This document shows, piece by piece, positions 50,829 to 62,808 of a stretch of DNA of 64,000 bases. Under the pieces are notes generated by a model. That model searched no databases and was not told where the DNA came from. It worked only from the letters and a program-made list of their open reading frames with translations. This DNA comes from Octopus sinensis (taxonomy: Eukaryota). The stretch is taken from positions 39,184,001 through 39,248,000 of the forward strand of contig NC_043003.1 of NCBI RefSeq assembly GCF_006345805.1, read 5' to 3'. A program made the translations under genes and the position numbers. Positions within the stretch are counted from its first letter, which is position 1. Every line of letters starts with the position of its first letter.

Positions 50829-51020
50829 CTATTTAATTGATTACATAGGAAGCAGAAGAGGGGAAATACGGGCTCATTGTTTGATAAATAGGTATAAAAA
50901 GCTTTCTGTATGTATGTATGTATGTATGTATGTATCTTTATTATTTAATTGATTACATAGGAAGCAGAAGAGGGAAAATACAGATTCATTGTTTGATAAA
51001 TAGGTACAAAATGTTTTCTG
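50829..51020. repeat. Local ~110-bp tandem duplication ending in (TATG)/(TCTG)n
   Basis: ttaattgattacataggaagcagaagaggg..tttgataaataggta occurs twice. Confidence 0.85.
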
Positions 51021-51553
51021 TCTGTCTGTCTGTCTGTATGTATGTATGTATGTGTGTATGTATGTATGTATGTATGTATGTATGTGTATGTATGTATGTA
51101 TGTATGTATGCATGTATGTGTGTGTGTACATATGCATGCATACATGTGTGTGTATATAAGTGTTAACATATATGTCTATGTGTATATGTATATTTATATA
51201 TATAAATGTATGCATAAATTTGTATTTGGTCCTGTAATTTATCGCTTCTGTGAATCAACAGATTTATACAAACACGCGCGCGCACACGTGTGTATATATT
51301 GTTTCCTTTACAAACAAACTCTCATACAAGCAACATGGACAAAAAGTCTTTAAGAAAATATGAAATTGCAATATCTTCACCAATTTCAATGTCATGATTA
51401 GCGAAATGCGAAACCGGTAGACTATCATAATATTCTATCCGTAAAAATAAATTAAAAATATACAAACTGTATGCAATTTCCTTCTTTTACCATACACTTT
51501 TTCACTACAACTTAGCACGTGGAGAAGATCACTTCAACGAAATTCTTTTCTAC

Positions 51554-51595
<42 letters not shown>

Positions 51596-52206
51596 GTTCA
51601 TATATGAATATATGTGTGTGTTCGTGTGTAGTAGACTGTTAACAATGATAGTCAAAAATGTTAGACAGAGGCAGTTACAAACAGCAAGAAGAGAAAGTTA
51701 GATGAAAGCGAGCTTTTCCTTGTTAAATGGAATTCGTAATGATACATTTATGTTGTATATATTTTCATCGTTAGCGGAAGTCGGAAGTTAGGTTGTTATA
51801 TGTTTCAACGCTATTTTTAGTCACATTTTACAAATAAACAAACGCAGACATAGAAAGGAACTTTGCGTTGTGATGGATTGAATCATCAGCTTCGAACGTA
51901 TGAATAAATTATGCTACATTGCGTATGTTTTTTAATCCCGTTTGTCCATTAAAATGGGTGTATGTGTGTGTGTGCGCGCAGGTACGCACTCGTGTGTATA
52001 AATATATGTATGTATGTATGTATTTATCTATATGTATATATATAAGCACACATTCATATATACGCATATTTATCGACATACATACACACACACACACATA
52101 TATATATACATAAATACATGCACATGTATATACATATATATTATGACGATTAGTATCTAGGGTTGCTATGAATGCGAATAATAATTCAAATTGAGGAATG
52201 GAGCGG

Positions 52207-52458
52207 GTAAAATCCAGGCTACATCTGTTGCCTAACTAGCAGAACTTCGGAATTAATAACTATTTAAGGAGGGGTACTCCACTAGCCATTCATCAGGACA
52301 AAGATACCTTAACTCGGCGGGATCTCTTGACGACAACATAACCTTCCTTTAACTAAGGTGTTTTCGGCCTGATGAATAGTTAGTGGAGTATCCCTCGTTG
52401 AGAAATTATTACTTCCGACGTTCTGCTGGTTATGAAACAGATGTAGTCTTGATTTTAC
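52207..52458. mobile_element. Foldback element made of two inverted hammerhead-containing copies
   Basis: Arms 52207-52297 and 52368-52458. Confidence 0.85.
52366..52448 (+). ncRNA. Type I hammerhead ribozyme (sense strand, intron 2)
   Basis: ggc-CTGATGA(52369-52375)-ATAGTTAG..CTGGTTAT-GAA(52434-52436)-ACAGATGT-A(52445)-gtc; GUA site; stem II has three G.U pairs. Confidence 0.75.
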
Positions 52459-52867
52459 ATATTCCAATCTCTCATTTTGGATATCTGTTTGTATTCATAA
52501 CAATGCAAGACGCTAATCTTGAAATATAAAATAACTTTTTTTCAGTTTATCGAACTTCGATATGGGAGAAACCTACAACCTTCTACGCCAATAAACTGTT
52601 ATTGTTCCTGAAAGTTGTTTCTTATGCCAACTACGGACTTCATTTTTGTATTTTGCTTACAAGATTCTTGATATGAATTCGTGTGTTGAAATGAATATTG
52701 TTGTGTCCTTTAATAATAAACACCCACACTGACGTTTTAAAAATTTTCCTGCCGACCAATTAATGGATTTAGTGTGCAGTTTGGAGGTGATGCATTCTTT
52801 AAAAGAATTGCGTGTGTTTATTATTATTTGTGTAATGACCTTCCCAAGACACAAGCCGTGTGTGTGT

Positions 52868-53048
52868 ATTTTGTCTGTCGCTACGTTCTGAGTTCAAATT
52901 CCGCCGAGGCCGACTTTGCCTTTCATCCTTTCGGGGTCGATTAAATAAGTACCAGTTACGCACTGGGTTGGAAATAATCGACTTAATCCGTTTGTCTTTC
53001 CTTGTTTGTCCCCTCTGTGTGTAGCCCCTTGGAGGCAATAAAGAAATA
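52868..53048 (+). mobile_element. Headless unit-length S1 b-type monomer with 17-bp TSD
   Basis: acaagccgtgtgtgtgt 52851-52867 versus acaagctgtgtgcgtgt 53049-53065. Confidence 0.85.
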
Positions 53049-53811
53049 ACAAGCTGTGTGCGTGTGTATGTGTGTGAGTGTATGTTTGTGTGTGTATGTG
53101 GTGTGTGTGTGTGTGTGTGTGTGCGCGCACACACACATGTAATATAGCCTTATATTCGTATTAAATGTGTTTTAGCTTTATTTTTGCAACCTAATTCTGC
53201 GGCTGCAAACCTTTACATAATTTTTTTTTATATTTTGTTTCTCCAAATTTATTATATATTAAGGATTAATGATCATTGCATTATTCTTCATGTACCTTTT
53301 TGTTATATATGTATTTTTCTTGATGTCCTTCCTTCATTTTTCTATTCAGATCTGTTAATTAGAAATTTTGTAAAACTTAAAATCCATTATAAAACATTGC
53401 CACTTGCTGGATTTACTTTGCTCATCTAACATCATTGGAGTCAATGAGATTACGGTCGTTAGTTTTATACACGGCCTTAGAAGCACGGCCTTAGAAGCAC
53501 TCCATTAGAAGTTGCTCCAGTTGCAACTGGGAATTAACCCTGCAAAGAAGTGGCAAACCATTCAGGAGATGTCTAATACTCTCAGCCACCTAAACGCCTC
53601 ACAAATCTGAATGCTTTTCGACATTATGAACCTGTGGGCTTGATGCTCAAATTTAAACACTTACAAGCAACGTCAGCATTTTTTTCTCCCTGACATTTAT
53701 AGATTCCATAAGTATTCCTTGTTTTTCATGTGCTTCTTTTTCCATTCATAACGTGCCTCTATATCTGATCCTCACATACACACACGTTTGTATGTATGTA
53801 TGTATATATAC

Positions 53812-53846
<35 letters not shown>

Positions 53847-55901
53847 CACACATCTTGAACATATGGTAGAATGAATTAAATGTTGCGTTGCATAAAGTTA
53901 ACATATTGTGTAGAAAATATAAAATTATACTTTTCATAGTTTGACTATATACACCTTGGCATACACCTCCACACATCTTTATACAACTATTCGTGCCTAT
54001 TCGTTTCTCAATCTATCCAGTTATATCTTTAGCTATATACATATATGTATAAACTGTATAAATGTATTTCCGTATAAATGTAATTATACTGTCTCACACT
54101 TAGACATCTGTATCTTCGTACATACTTGCGTTTCTATCTGACCAAATATAAACAACCAGCCTTTTTATTATAGCAACACACAAGTATTATTTATGAAAAA
54201 AAAGCAATAAAATAAACCAAACATTTTAAAATAGATTCGACTAATACAGACAGATGGGGTACTGTTAAACTTCAAACTCTTCCCACTGTCTCTCTTTCTT
54301 TCTCTCTCTCTCTCTCTCATTCTCTCTCTCGCCCTCCATCACTCTCTCTTCACATTACTATTGACAAACATCAGAACAACGAATTACCAAGAGTAATAAT
54401 TAACTTAAACCCAAATACGAATGCAAACTAGGCCAACATTTCACACCAACAATGATAACATTCAAAGGAAACTGTCAAATCTAGTAACGTCGATATATAG
54501 GCGGACAAAAAAACTGTAGTTTTATGCAGTGGGGAATCTGTGGTGCCTTTTCGATCTTCAACCACTTTTTGAAAATTGCCTAGCAGGTTTCGCCATACAT
54601 ACACATATTCATATATATACATACATACATACAAAGATGCACATGAAATACATACATGTACACACAGACACACACACATTCTCTCTTTTTCCTGTTCATA
54701 CACACATGCTCTTTCTCTCTCTCTCTCTCGCACACACACACACGCACACACACACACGCACACACATACAACCAAAGCAATGCGACAACTCTGTTACAGC
54801 CTCTTCTATCATCCCATGCCCTCTGATCCCAAGCTCACAACCACCTTCTTGTTTGCTCCACCAGCTTTTCAGCTCATTTCCTGCTCCTTCCTCACTCACT
54901 AACTCCTTCCGCAACGTCCGCAACCTCTAGTAACCCAATTATCTATTTATTCCTCGAGATCCACAAACCCGGAAACCCTTCCTGCTTCACTGTCTCTGCT
55001 TGTAACTGCTCCGCCGTACTCATCTCCACCTACAGCAACAACCTCTTTGCACCCCTTGTTGCTACCCTTCCCTCCCACAGTTACGATACCAACCATGCCC
55101 TCCTCCTCTTTAACTTTAACTCCTTCTTCTCTCCTGGCCCTCCAGTTTCACCATAAATATCAGTTCTCTTTACACCATTATCTCTCACGTTGTGCCCTAA
55201 ATCTTCTCTCAGTGAAAGGCTAGCATTTTAATAAATCACTCAAGTTCTGTTAAATGCAACTACATCATGTATTCTACATATGCTAGTGTATAACCAAAAA
55301 CCAATACTTGAATCATTTATTTTTCATTTATTACTAAAATACTAAAATGTTTGTATGTTTATAATAAAGACAGAGTAGTTGGTTGAAATTTAGTTGCCGT
55401 AAACTGATGTCTTGTGTGCAGTATGGTGAAGAAAAACGAGTGGGATATGGATGAAAAAGAAAGAAAGAGAGAGAGGAAAATCGATCTTGGCATGATATAT
55501 TATTTATGTTAACTAGTACTTTACTTATCAATTCCGAAAGAATTAAAGGCAAATTAGGTCTCAGCTGGATGTGAACTCAGAGTGGACAAGGCCGGAAAAT
55601 ATATAGCTAGGTATTCTAATCAACACTCTAACGACTCTCTCAATTCGACGGCTTGTAGTATTGAAAGTTCTTTCAACATTACATTTCGTCGAAGGGGAGA
55701 TAACTCAAACAGCAATCGAATTTTTGTTAGCTACCACTCTTCTGGATTTATTCCACTAACAAATTAATTAATTAACTGACTAATTGACTATCAAATTGTT
55801 AAACTTCATTCCGTTATTATTTGATATTTATTTCTATTTTGTTCTGTCCCATCGTGAAAGATTTCTGTTTTTTAAGCAACATCTTATTCTATATTTTGCA
55901 G

Positions 55902-56192
55902 TCTGCCAAAACCATTCCAACGAATTAATTATTGTTTTGGACACACGAACCCGGAGTCGCGAAAACTGCTTGTTTGTTGTTTGTGAGCAGCTTTTTATTC
56001 CATACATTAGCGTATTTGGTTTCCTGCCCGGATACGAGACATCATTTACAAAGTCCCAATCTAAACTCATGCCACCAGCATTATCGATGAGGGCATCATT
56101 TGCAGACTACCAAGCTCTCTTTTCTGATCTGATCAGACAAATAAATATTTCCTTGGATACCCTGACTGTTATATATGATGCTGACAACAAAG
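55902..56192 (+). CDS. Coding exon 3 (amino-terminal domain)
   Basis: Acceptor tattttgcag; donor AAG|GTACAT; 291 nt, phase 1-1; (I)CQNHSNELIIVLDT...LMPPALSMRASFADYQALFSDLIRQINISLDTLTVIYDADNK. Resembles the MPP...(L/I)I..xNI...ILYD segment of iGluR/IR25a ATDs (recalled family pattern). Confidence 0.88.
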
Positions 56193-56572
56193 GTACATTC
56201 TATTTAATTGCTTCTTTTTGCTGTTTGTTTCCGTTTCTATTCAATAGATCCATCCCGCATCACCAAAACCAAAACTAGGATTGCAGCCATTACATCAGGC
56301 GCTGCCACTAAAACCACCACTCTCAACACCACCACCACCATCACCATCACCACCACCATCACCATCACCACCACCGCCGTCGCCGCTATCGTCACCATCA
56401 CCACGGTCATCCCTATTGCCACACGTATCATCAACGGCACCACCACCTTCATCACAAACTGTAACCAATGTCACCACTAACGCCACCAACACCGCCACCA
56501 CCACCACCACCATCACCACAACCACCACCAAAACTTCTACTACTACTACTGCTGCTGCTACTACTACTACTG

Positions 56573-56626
<54 letters not shown>

Positions 56627-56659
56627 ACATGATCACAACCGTAAAACACTGACACTAAT

Positions 56660-56961
56660 GACTTAATCGTCAATAACCATATCGAAAGCAAGCCGATAGA
56701 AATTTCTAAAAAAATTCGTTATTATCGGATCGGTCCCAATTTCTGAGTTAATTCATTTAGAATTTTCTCGTCATCAGCGGTAAATACGATAAGAAAATAA
56801 ATGAGATACTTACTTGTACCCATAAAAGAAATAGATACTAAGTCATGAGCACACTTAAGTACCCGATACGACAATAACGAATTTTTTTAGAAATTTCTAT
56901 CGGCTTGCTTTCGAGACGCGTGCTTATAGTGATAAATTATATGGTTATTGACGATTAAGTC
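56660..56961. mobile_element. Foldback element in intron 3 (22 + 52-bp arms)
   Basis: 56660-56681 pairs perfectly with 56940-56961; 56682-56733 pairs with ~56863-56914 (2 mismatches); 25-nt asymmetric insert on the right side. Confidence 0.9.
56717..56788 (-). ncRNA. Putative type I hammerhead ribozyme (antisense to the gene)
   Basis: Minus strand cgtatttaccg-CTGATGA-cGAGaaAATTCtaaatGAATTaaCTCa-GAA-ATTGGgaCCGAT-C-cgataataacg; AUC site; C10.1.A11.1 mismatch. Confidence 0.6.
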
Positions 56962-57116
56962 TATTTTCAGCTTATTCGGCATTGAAATTCTTTTTTTGCC
57001 CTTGTTTATAAGTTGTTTATATATATATATGTATGTGTGTGTGTGTGTGTGTATATACATATACATATATATGTATATATTTCAAGATATCATTCTGTTG
57101 TTGTCATATATTGCAG

Positions 57117-57289
57117 AGTTAACATCTATATTTGATTCCTACAACGAACAAGGTTCCACATTCCTCCTAACCTACGAAATTGGCTCAGTGCTATATGACA
57201 ATGTCTTTCAGAATCTACAGAGTAAAATGGACACCAGAAACTTTCTAGCTTTCGGTAACACGACGGCTCTAGAGTCAGTTTGGGAGAAG
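57117..57289 (+). CDS. Coding exon 4 (amino-terminal domain)
   Basis: Acceptor atattgcag; donor AAG|GTTAGT; 173 nt, phase 1-0; (E)LTSIFDSYNEQGSTFLLTYEIGSVLYDNVFQNLQSKMDTRNFLAFGNTTALESVWEK. Confidence 0.88.
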
Positions 57290-58392
57290 GTTAGTATGAT
57301 GTCCCTTTATATGGTCATATGTATTGCACCATTTCCAGTAGGTACAGGGTCAGTGCAGCTTTTGACTTCTCTATCCAAAGGGATTTTATCCCCAAATTTT
57401 CACGCTATTGTTTATATCTTTATCAGCTTCCAGTTTCACCGCTCTAAAAGATAAAAATAATTTGTTTTCTCTTTGTTACATATAACTCATATTTGTACGA
57501 AGAATATACAAACATGTACGCGTAAGTGTATATATATGTGCGCGTATGTGTGTATGTATGTATACACACGCATACACAAACACATGCACACACATATATG
57601 CAGATAAATACTTATACGTCTACGTAATCATACAGCTATATAAACGATCACACTACACCCGTTTTGGCCGAAAATATTGTCAAGCCACATTTAGAAAATT
57701 TTCGGTCGAACGGTTGAATAATGATTGGTTAAATAAATAAATGTATGCTCTATAAAAGTGAAGACGTGTGACCTAGTAGTTAGTCTGTTGCACTCACGAT
57801 CTTACAATCGAGGTTTCGATTCCCAGACCGCTGCATTCTTGAGCAAAATATTTACTTTCAGGTCATTCTACTTCACTCAGCTGTAAATGAGTTCTAGAAA
57901 TAACTGAGAAACTAATACTAACATTGACTGACATCCTGTTCAAGGTGGAATGCTGTAATTCTAGTCACTTATACACCACGGAAGCCGAATAAAACTCCAG
58001 TCTTATGTGCATCGGAGTTCATCATAGATCGTATGTTATTAAAGAAAGAAAGGCGGTGAGCTGCCAGAATCGTCAGCGAGTTGGGCAAAATACTTAGCGG
58101 TATTTCGTCCGTCCTTACGAACGAAATACCGCCGAGATCAAGACAATAAGTACCAGTTGAGTGCTGGAGTCAATGTAGTCGACTATCCCCTTTCCCCAAA
58201 TTTCAGGCCTTGTGCTTATAGTAGAAAGGTTTATGAAAGAAAGATAGTAGAAACATTGATCAGCTTCGACTTAAATGGCTGCACATATACGATTCGATCT
58301 CAATTTCATTGAAATTTTATTTGTTTTATTTTGTCTTCTCTCACTCTCTGTTTTGTTTTGTTTGTTTTTTTTTTAATAAAATTCTGATATAG

Positions 58393-58542
58393 GCGAAAGC
58401 AAACAATCTTCTCTCCGAATTTCACCAATGGGTGGTTGTTGTAACCGACAACCAGCTTCCAGTTTGTCGTAACTGCTCTGATTACATAGTCATGTTACTG
58501 CCTGTGACATTGTCGAACGAGTCTACTTGTAATACATCGTCG
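58393..58542 (+). CDS. Coding exon 5 (amino-terminal domain)
   Basis: Acceptor after a long T-rich tract (..ctgatatag); donor CG|GTAAGT; 150 nt, phase 0-0; AKANNLLSEFHQWVVVVTDNQLPVCRNCSDYIVMLLPVTLSNESTCNTSS. Joined to exon 4 it gives EK-AKANNLLSEFHQW, matching the A..lgm...yhW/Y pattern of iGluR ATDs. Confidence 0.85.
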
Positions 58543-58797
58543 GTAAGTATAGCTTCTCGATTTGCATTGGTATACTTTGCTGCTTTCTGCATGCTCACAT
58601 CGATGCAAATAGTTTGGACTTAAGACATCATTTCAGGCCTTTAGTGATCACGCGTCGGATTATAATAGTAAAGAGATCTAATTGGAATCTTTACTACTTT
58701 ACTAAGTAAGCACAATACAGCCAGATGGTTCGTAAGTTCACTGACAGTTGCTAAGGACACATATGTAATTCCACATTGAGGCATCTCGAGACAAATA

Positions 58798-59363
58798 TTG
58801 GGTTGTCCGGAAAGTTCATGCCGATTTTTAAAGGAAAGAAAAAGGGCAATAAATACTTGCCATTGCATTTTTAATCAACCAAATATGAACCATTTGTTGC
58901 ACAATGCGTCTCCATCTTTCCTTTAACTTGAAAATACCCTCTTTCCAGAATTGAGGTGGCTTCATGGCAAAGAATTCATCAAGGTATCTTTTTACGTCAT
59001 CCAAAGAGTTGAAATTTTTTACCATTAAGACTATTCTGCACAAACCTAAATAAGTAAAAATCCGAAGGAGCAATATCTGGTGAATATAGAGGGTGGGGTA
59101 ACACATCCCAGCCGAGATGCAGCAATTTTTGTCTGGTTCCAATAGCATCAAGTGCCGAAAAGGAACTTTCTTATCTTCTATTTTAAAGGGTTACAGAATT
59201 AACACAGGTTATAGGAACATAAACCTTCTTCCACGAAAAGATAGCTTAAACTGTATTCTAAATGGAGGTGTAGTCAAATCCTATTTTATAGACTCAACCA
59301 TGTTCTAAAATAAGTCGAACGGTAAGCTACTCTAAATCGGCACGAACTTTTCGGACAACCCAA
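58798..59363 (-). mobile_element. Internally deleted mariner (mellifera-like TIR)
   Basis: TIRs ttgggttgtccggaaagttcatgccgattt / aaatcggcacgaacttttcggacaacccaa; TA TSDs at 58796-58797 and 59364-59365; WDVLPHPLYSPDIAPSDFYLF motif and NFNSLDDVKRYLDEFF..WKEGIFKLKERW. Confidence 0.93.
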
Positions 59364-59515
59364 TATATTTTACCATAGTCTGGGATCGACCCAAGTCTCG
59401 TGAGAGAAACTGGTGAACGGAAACTTTAAATAATCCCTTCAAATGGATTGTATCAGTATTTCAAAGGCCGATCTTTTTCTCACACTCAACCACTTACAAG
59501 CTGATTCTATGAATA

Positions 59516-59733
59516 TGAGGGGTTGCTAAAAAAAGTTCTGGCTGTTGGCAAAAGAAAATACAGGAGGCTCAGTTAATTATGATTTTATTCAACTTATTCT
59601 TCTCTCAGATTCACATACTTATTGCAGCGATCCTTCAGTTTTTTTAATCTCTGTAAAAGAACACTGAAGTCTGGGCCTGCAACCAGGTCCATCTCGAAAT
59701 CCTTAGAGCCACGAACTTTCCAGCATCCCCTTG
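59516..59733. mobile_element. Mariner-derived MITE (MADE2-like termini)
   Basis: TA|tgaggggttgctaaaaaaagttctggct ... agccacgaactttccagcatccccttg|TA; left end resembles 29010-29060. Confidence 0.8.
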
Positions 59734-60339
59734 TATATAGATCAGTTGATCTATATACGACTGAAACAAAGAAATTCTGAGCGAGATTTTTAAAAAATAA
59801 ATCACAAAATTTATGAAAAATTACATTACCTCATAAGAACAGTCAGTGTACATTCCATGAAACGTGGTATTCCAGGTAAAGTGCACGTGTCGGTTTAAGT
59901 GCTTTGCCAAAGATTTTCTGGATACTAATTACTCTAATAAATTATCAGAAATACTTCTCGAATGATTCTAAATCTCAGCAGCATTATAAGCATGTTTTAC
60001 ATACCATCGCTAATATAGTGTTCAAATCCTCTCAAAACATGTATATAATAACAGATATAGAAAGAAGTGTACATGAAATGGTATGAGCACACATATGATA
60101 TTTAGACACATACATACATACATACATACATACATACATACATACATACATGCATACATACATACATACATACATGCATACATACATACATACACACACG
60201 CATATACACATACACACATATATTGTGTATGTATGTATAAATTTATATGTATATAAGTATGTATAAATAAGTATGTTTGTTTGTATATATATACGCGCGT
60301 GTATGTACATATATATATAAATTAATAATAAATATTTGG

Positions 60340-60735
60340 GAATAAATCCAAACTTACAGGGGAAAATCAGATTTAGGATTGAATCCAATTTTATAGTAAA
60401 ATATATATTAAATTAGAGATAAAACCACTATTAGGCAAATCATACAATGAAAAACTTAAGCCAATACATAAGATTATTTAATTTATATTATTTAAATATA
60501 TAATCAATGGACTCATTGATTAAACTTCGCCAAGTTAAATATTTAAACCACCTGATGAATGACTGTAACTCGAAAATTTAAAGAAATTAACAGCCATGAA
60601 ACGATCGTAGTGTTATATTAATTATATTTTTTTACTAATTTTGTTATATATTTAAATAATATAAATTAAATAATCTTATTATTGGCCTAAGTTTTCATTG
60701 TATGATTGCCTAATAGTGGTTTTATCTCTAATTTA

Positions 60736-60740
<5 letters not shown>
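60340..60740. mobile_element. Inverted-repeat Penelope-like terminal element in (TA)n
   Basis: Arms 60404-60503 and 60644-60740 (~100 bp, few differences); hammerhead in the spacer. Confidence 0.85.
60549..60612 (+). ncRNA. Type I hammerhead ribozyme (sense strand, intron 5)
   Basis: cac-CTGATGA(60552-60558)-ATGACTGT..ACAGCCAT-GAA(60598-60600)-ACGATCGT(palindrome)-A(60609)-gtg; GUA site. Confidence 0.82.
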
Positions 60741-60783
<43 letters not shown>

Positions 60784-61344
60784 ATATATGTTTACTTATG
60801 ACAACATGCATACGTACATACTTGCACACGTACACATATACATAATTCTCAAAATTTAATAAAAAAATAAATAAAAACGGACGTCTGTCGTTTAGTTGCA
60901 GCTCATGCTTAATCCTGCAGAGTTATGATAAAAAGTTTTTAAGCAATAACAATCACGACCTTTTCTTTTACATAGTCTAATGTATTCTTCGGTTTTTTAA
61001 AATAAAAGTTGGCGTGAGGTTGGACAAGTTTACCAGCTGTATTTAGTGGATCGAAATACTGCGTAGAAGCCTTTTCTTTGCCCAGGTGTGGTATTCTAGT
61101 ACCGTGGTATGATATCGTTGTGCCAGGACTCAAAATGTATAACTGGAATAGAAATGGAAAAGAATCTGAATGAAGATAAATATATGTCAAAACGAGGCTG
61201 AGATTCCTTAAATAATATATTCTGAATCAGAAATACTGATTTTGTATTCATCTTTTTCTGTTAACTGCAGATTCTAATACTTTTGTTGGCTAGATTTATG
61301 AAGAATTATCAAAGATTATTTTTGTATCCCTTTTCATTACAGAT

Positions 61345-61750
61345 ATAATTTGTTTCGTTCGCTATATTAAGTACGAGCAAAACACCCACAGTGCTGAGTT
61401 GTCAAACGTTTAAACCAAATTTTCTCGAAACAACTTGTCCGACCGTCCCATTTTGTGGCATTATTTCAAGCCAGCCGGCTGTTTTGCGCAAACTGAACGT
61501 GCATTTTTCTCGCGTACGCGTAGTATCGTTCACAACAGCTGATGTACTTGCGCGTACAAATGCACGTTCCCGCGGCTTTATCGATCGCGTTCTCACCTGG
61601 AATCGATTTTTGTAATTTTTTCAAGACTTATACACGCCCTGATGCCGTCGGTAAACACATATCAAATTTGAGCGCAATCGGATGGAGGATGCCCGAGATC
61701 CTAGAAAACACATACACACACACAGACAGAACGGATTTTATATAATAGAT
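61345..61750 (+). mobile_element. Non-autonomous Helitron/Helentron-like element
   Basis: 3' end atcaaatttgagcgcaatcggatg..acacacacagacagaacggattttatataatagat resembles Lep1/HINE-type termini (recalled pattern). Confidence 0.55.
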
Positions 61751-62768
61751 AATAGCCTTCCCTCCTCACACTTACATATATACTCATATACATACACATG
61801 TGAGTGTTATTCACGGCGAAGCTATCTTTAAGTTATTTTCCTATGTTGTTATTTTAAATTATATCATCAATAAATTATTTCTCCCACTCAAACTCCTAAT
61901 CTGTACAATCATTCTAAGATCTAGTAACTACAAATATGAAAATGCTTTGCTGGAAGAAGTCTAACAAGACAGAAGCATATATAGAATTATCACTGTACAC
62001 ACGAAAGATAAGATGCCCTTCCCTCTGTATATCTCCATTTAGTTTTCTTTTATTAATTTGCATTTCGAAGTTGTCTCCCTTGACTTTTCAATAAAATTTA
62101 TTATTAATGCTGATAACCTTTCTCTTTGTTCGGACTGAGATTTTATTTGACTGAATTGTTTGTTCTGTCAATTACGCCATCTGATTATTCTTCCATTGTT
62201 GTGAAAAAATTGCCTTGCAATGCATCTTTACCATCGTATGCGCCATAGGTTAGTGGTTAGAGCGTTCAATTCAAGACAAAAGTTCGTGAATTCAATCCCT
62301 GTAATTGGATGCATTTTGTGTCATTGAGCAAGGTACTTCACTTCATGTTACTCTAGTTTATTATCTGCAATGAGTATATCAGCCGAGGGTTGGGGTAACC
62401 CTCTTGCCTTTAGCTGTCACGTCTTAGATACACCGTTGTGTCAAGAATCAATGTGCCGAGAGGGTGTCTGCAACTGCTCGCGACTACAGAAACACCTAAA
62501 ACATGTTACCAAACCAAATTCAACTCACACATGACTGACAGCTGATTTAGTTAAGTCCTTTTGCGGTCAACTTTAAATTTCAGTAGGGAAAATATCTACA
62601 TGTCACGCTACCTATCACTCCACACTGGATCAATAAAAAAGGATATAAATAATGTAATGTTTGATTGGTCTCTTCGAACTATAAATTGGTGGTCATTTCC
62701 AAAGTTAGAATTTCATTAATATTGTAGTAGTAGTAGTAGTGGTGGTGGTGGTGGTGGTGGTGGTGGTG

Positions 62769-62808
<40 letters not shown>

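Noticed and set aside
56193-56640. Thr/Pro-rich ORFs after exon 3 as a mucin-like extension
   Set aside because: They are (ACC)/(ACT)n repeats. The exon 3 frame stops at ~56278 and a valid donor at 56193 links in frame to exon 4.
60939-61190. Minus-strand 83-aa ORF with a good pyrimidine-rich acceptor (possible nested antisense exon)
   Set aside because: Only weak donors, no partner exons and no recognisable motif; unsupported without RNA data.
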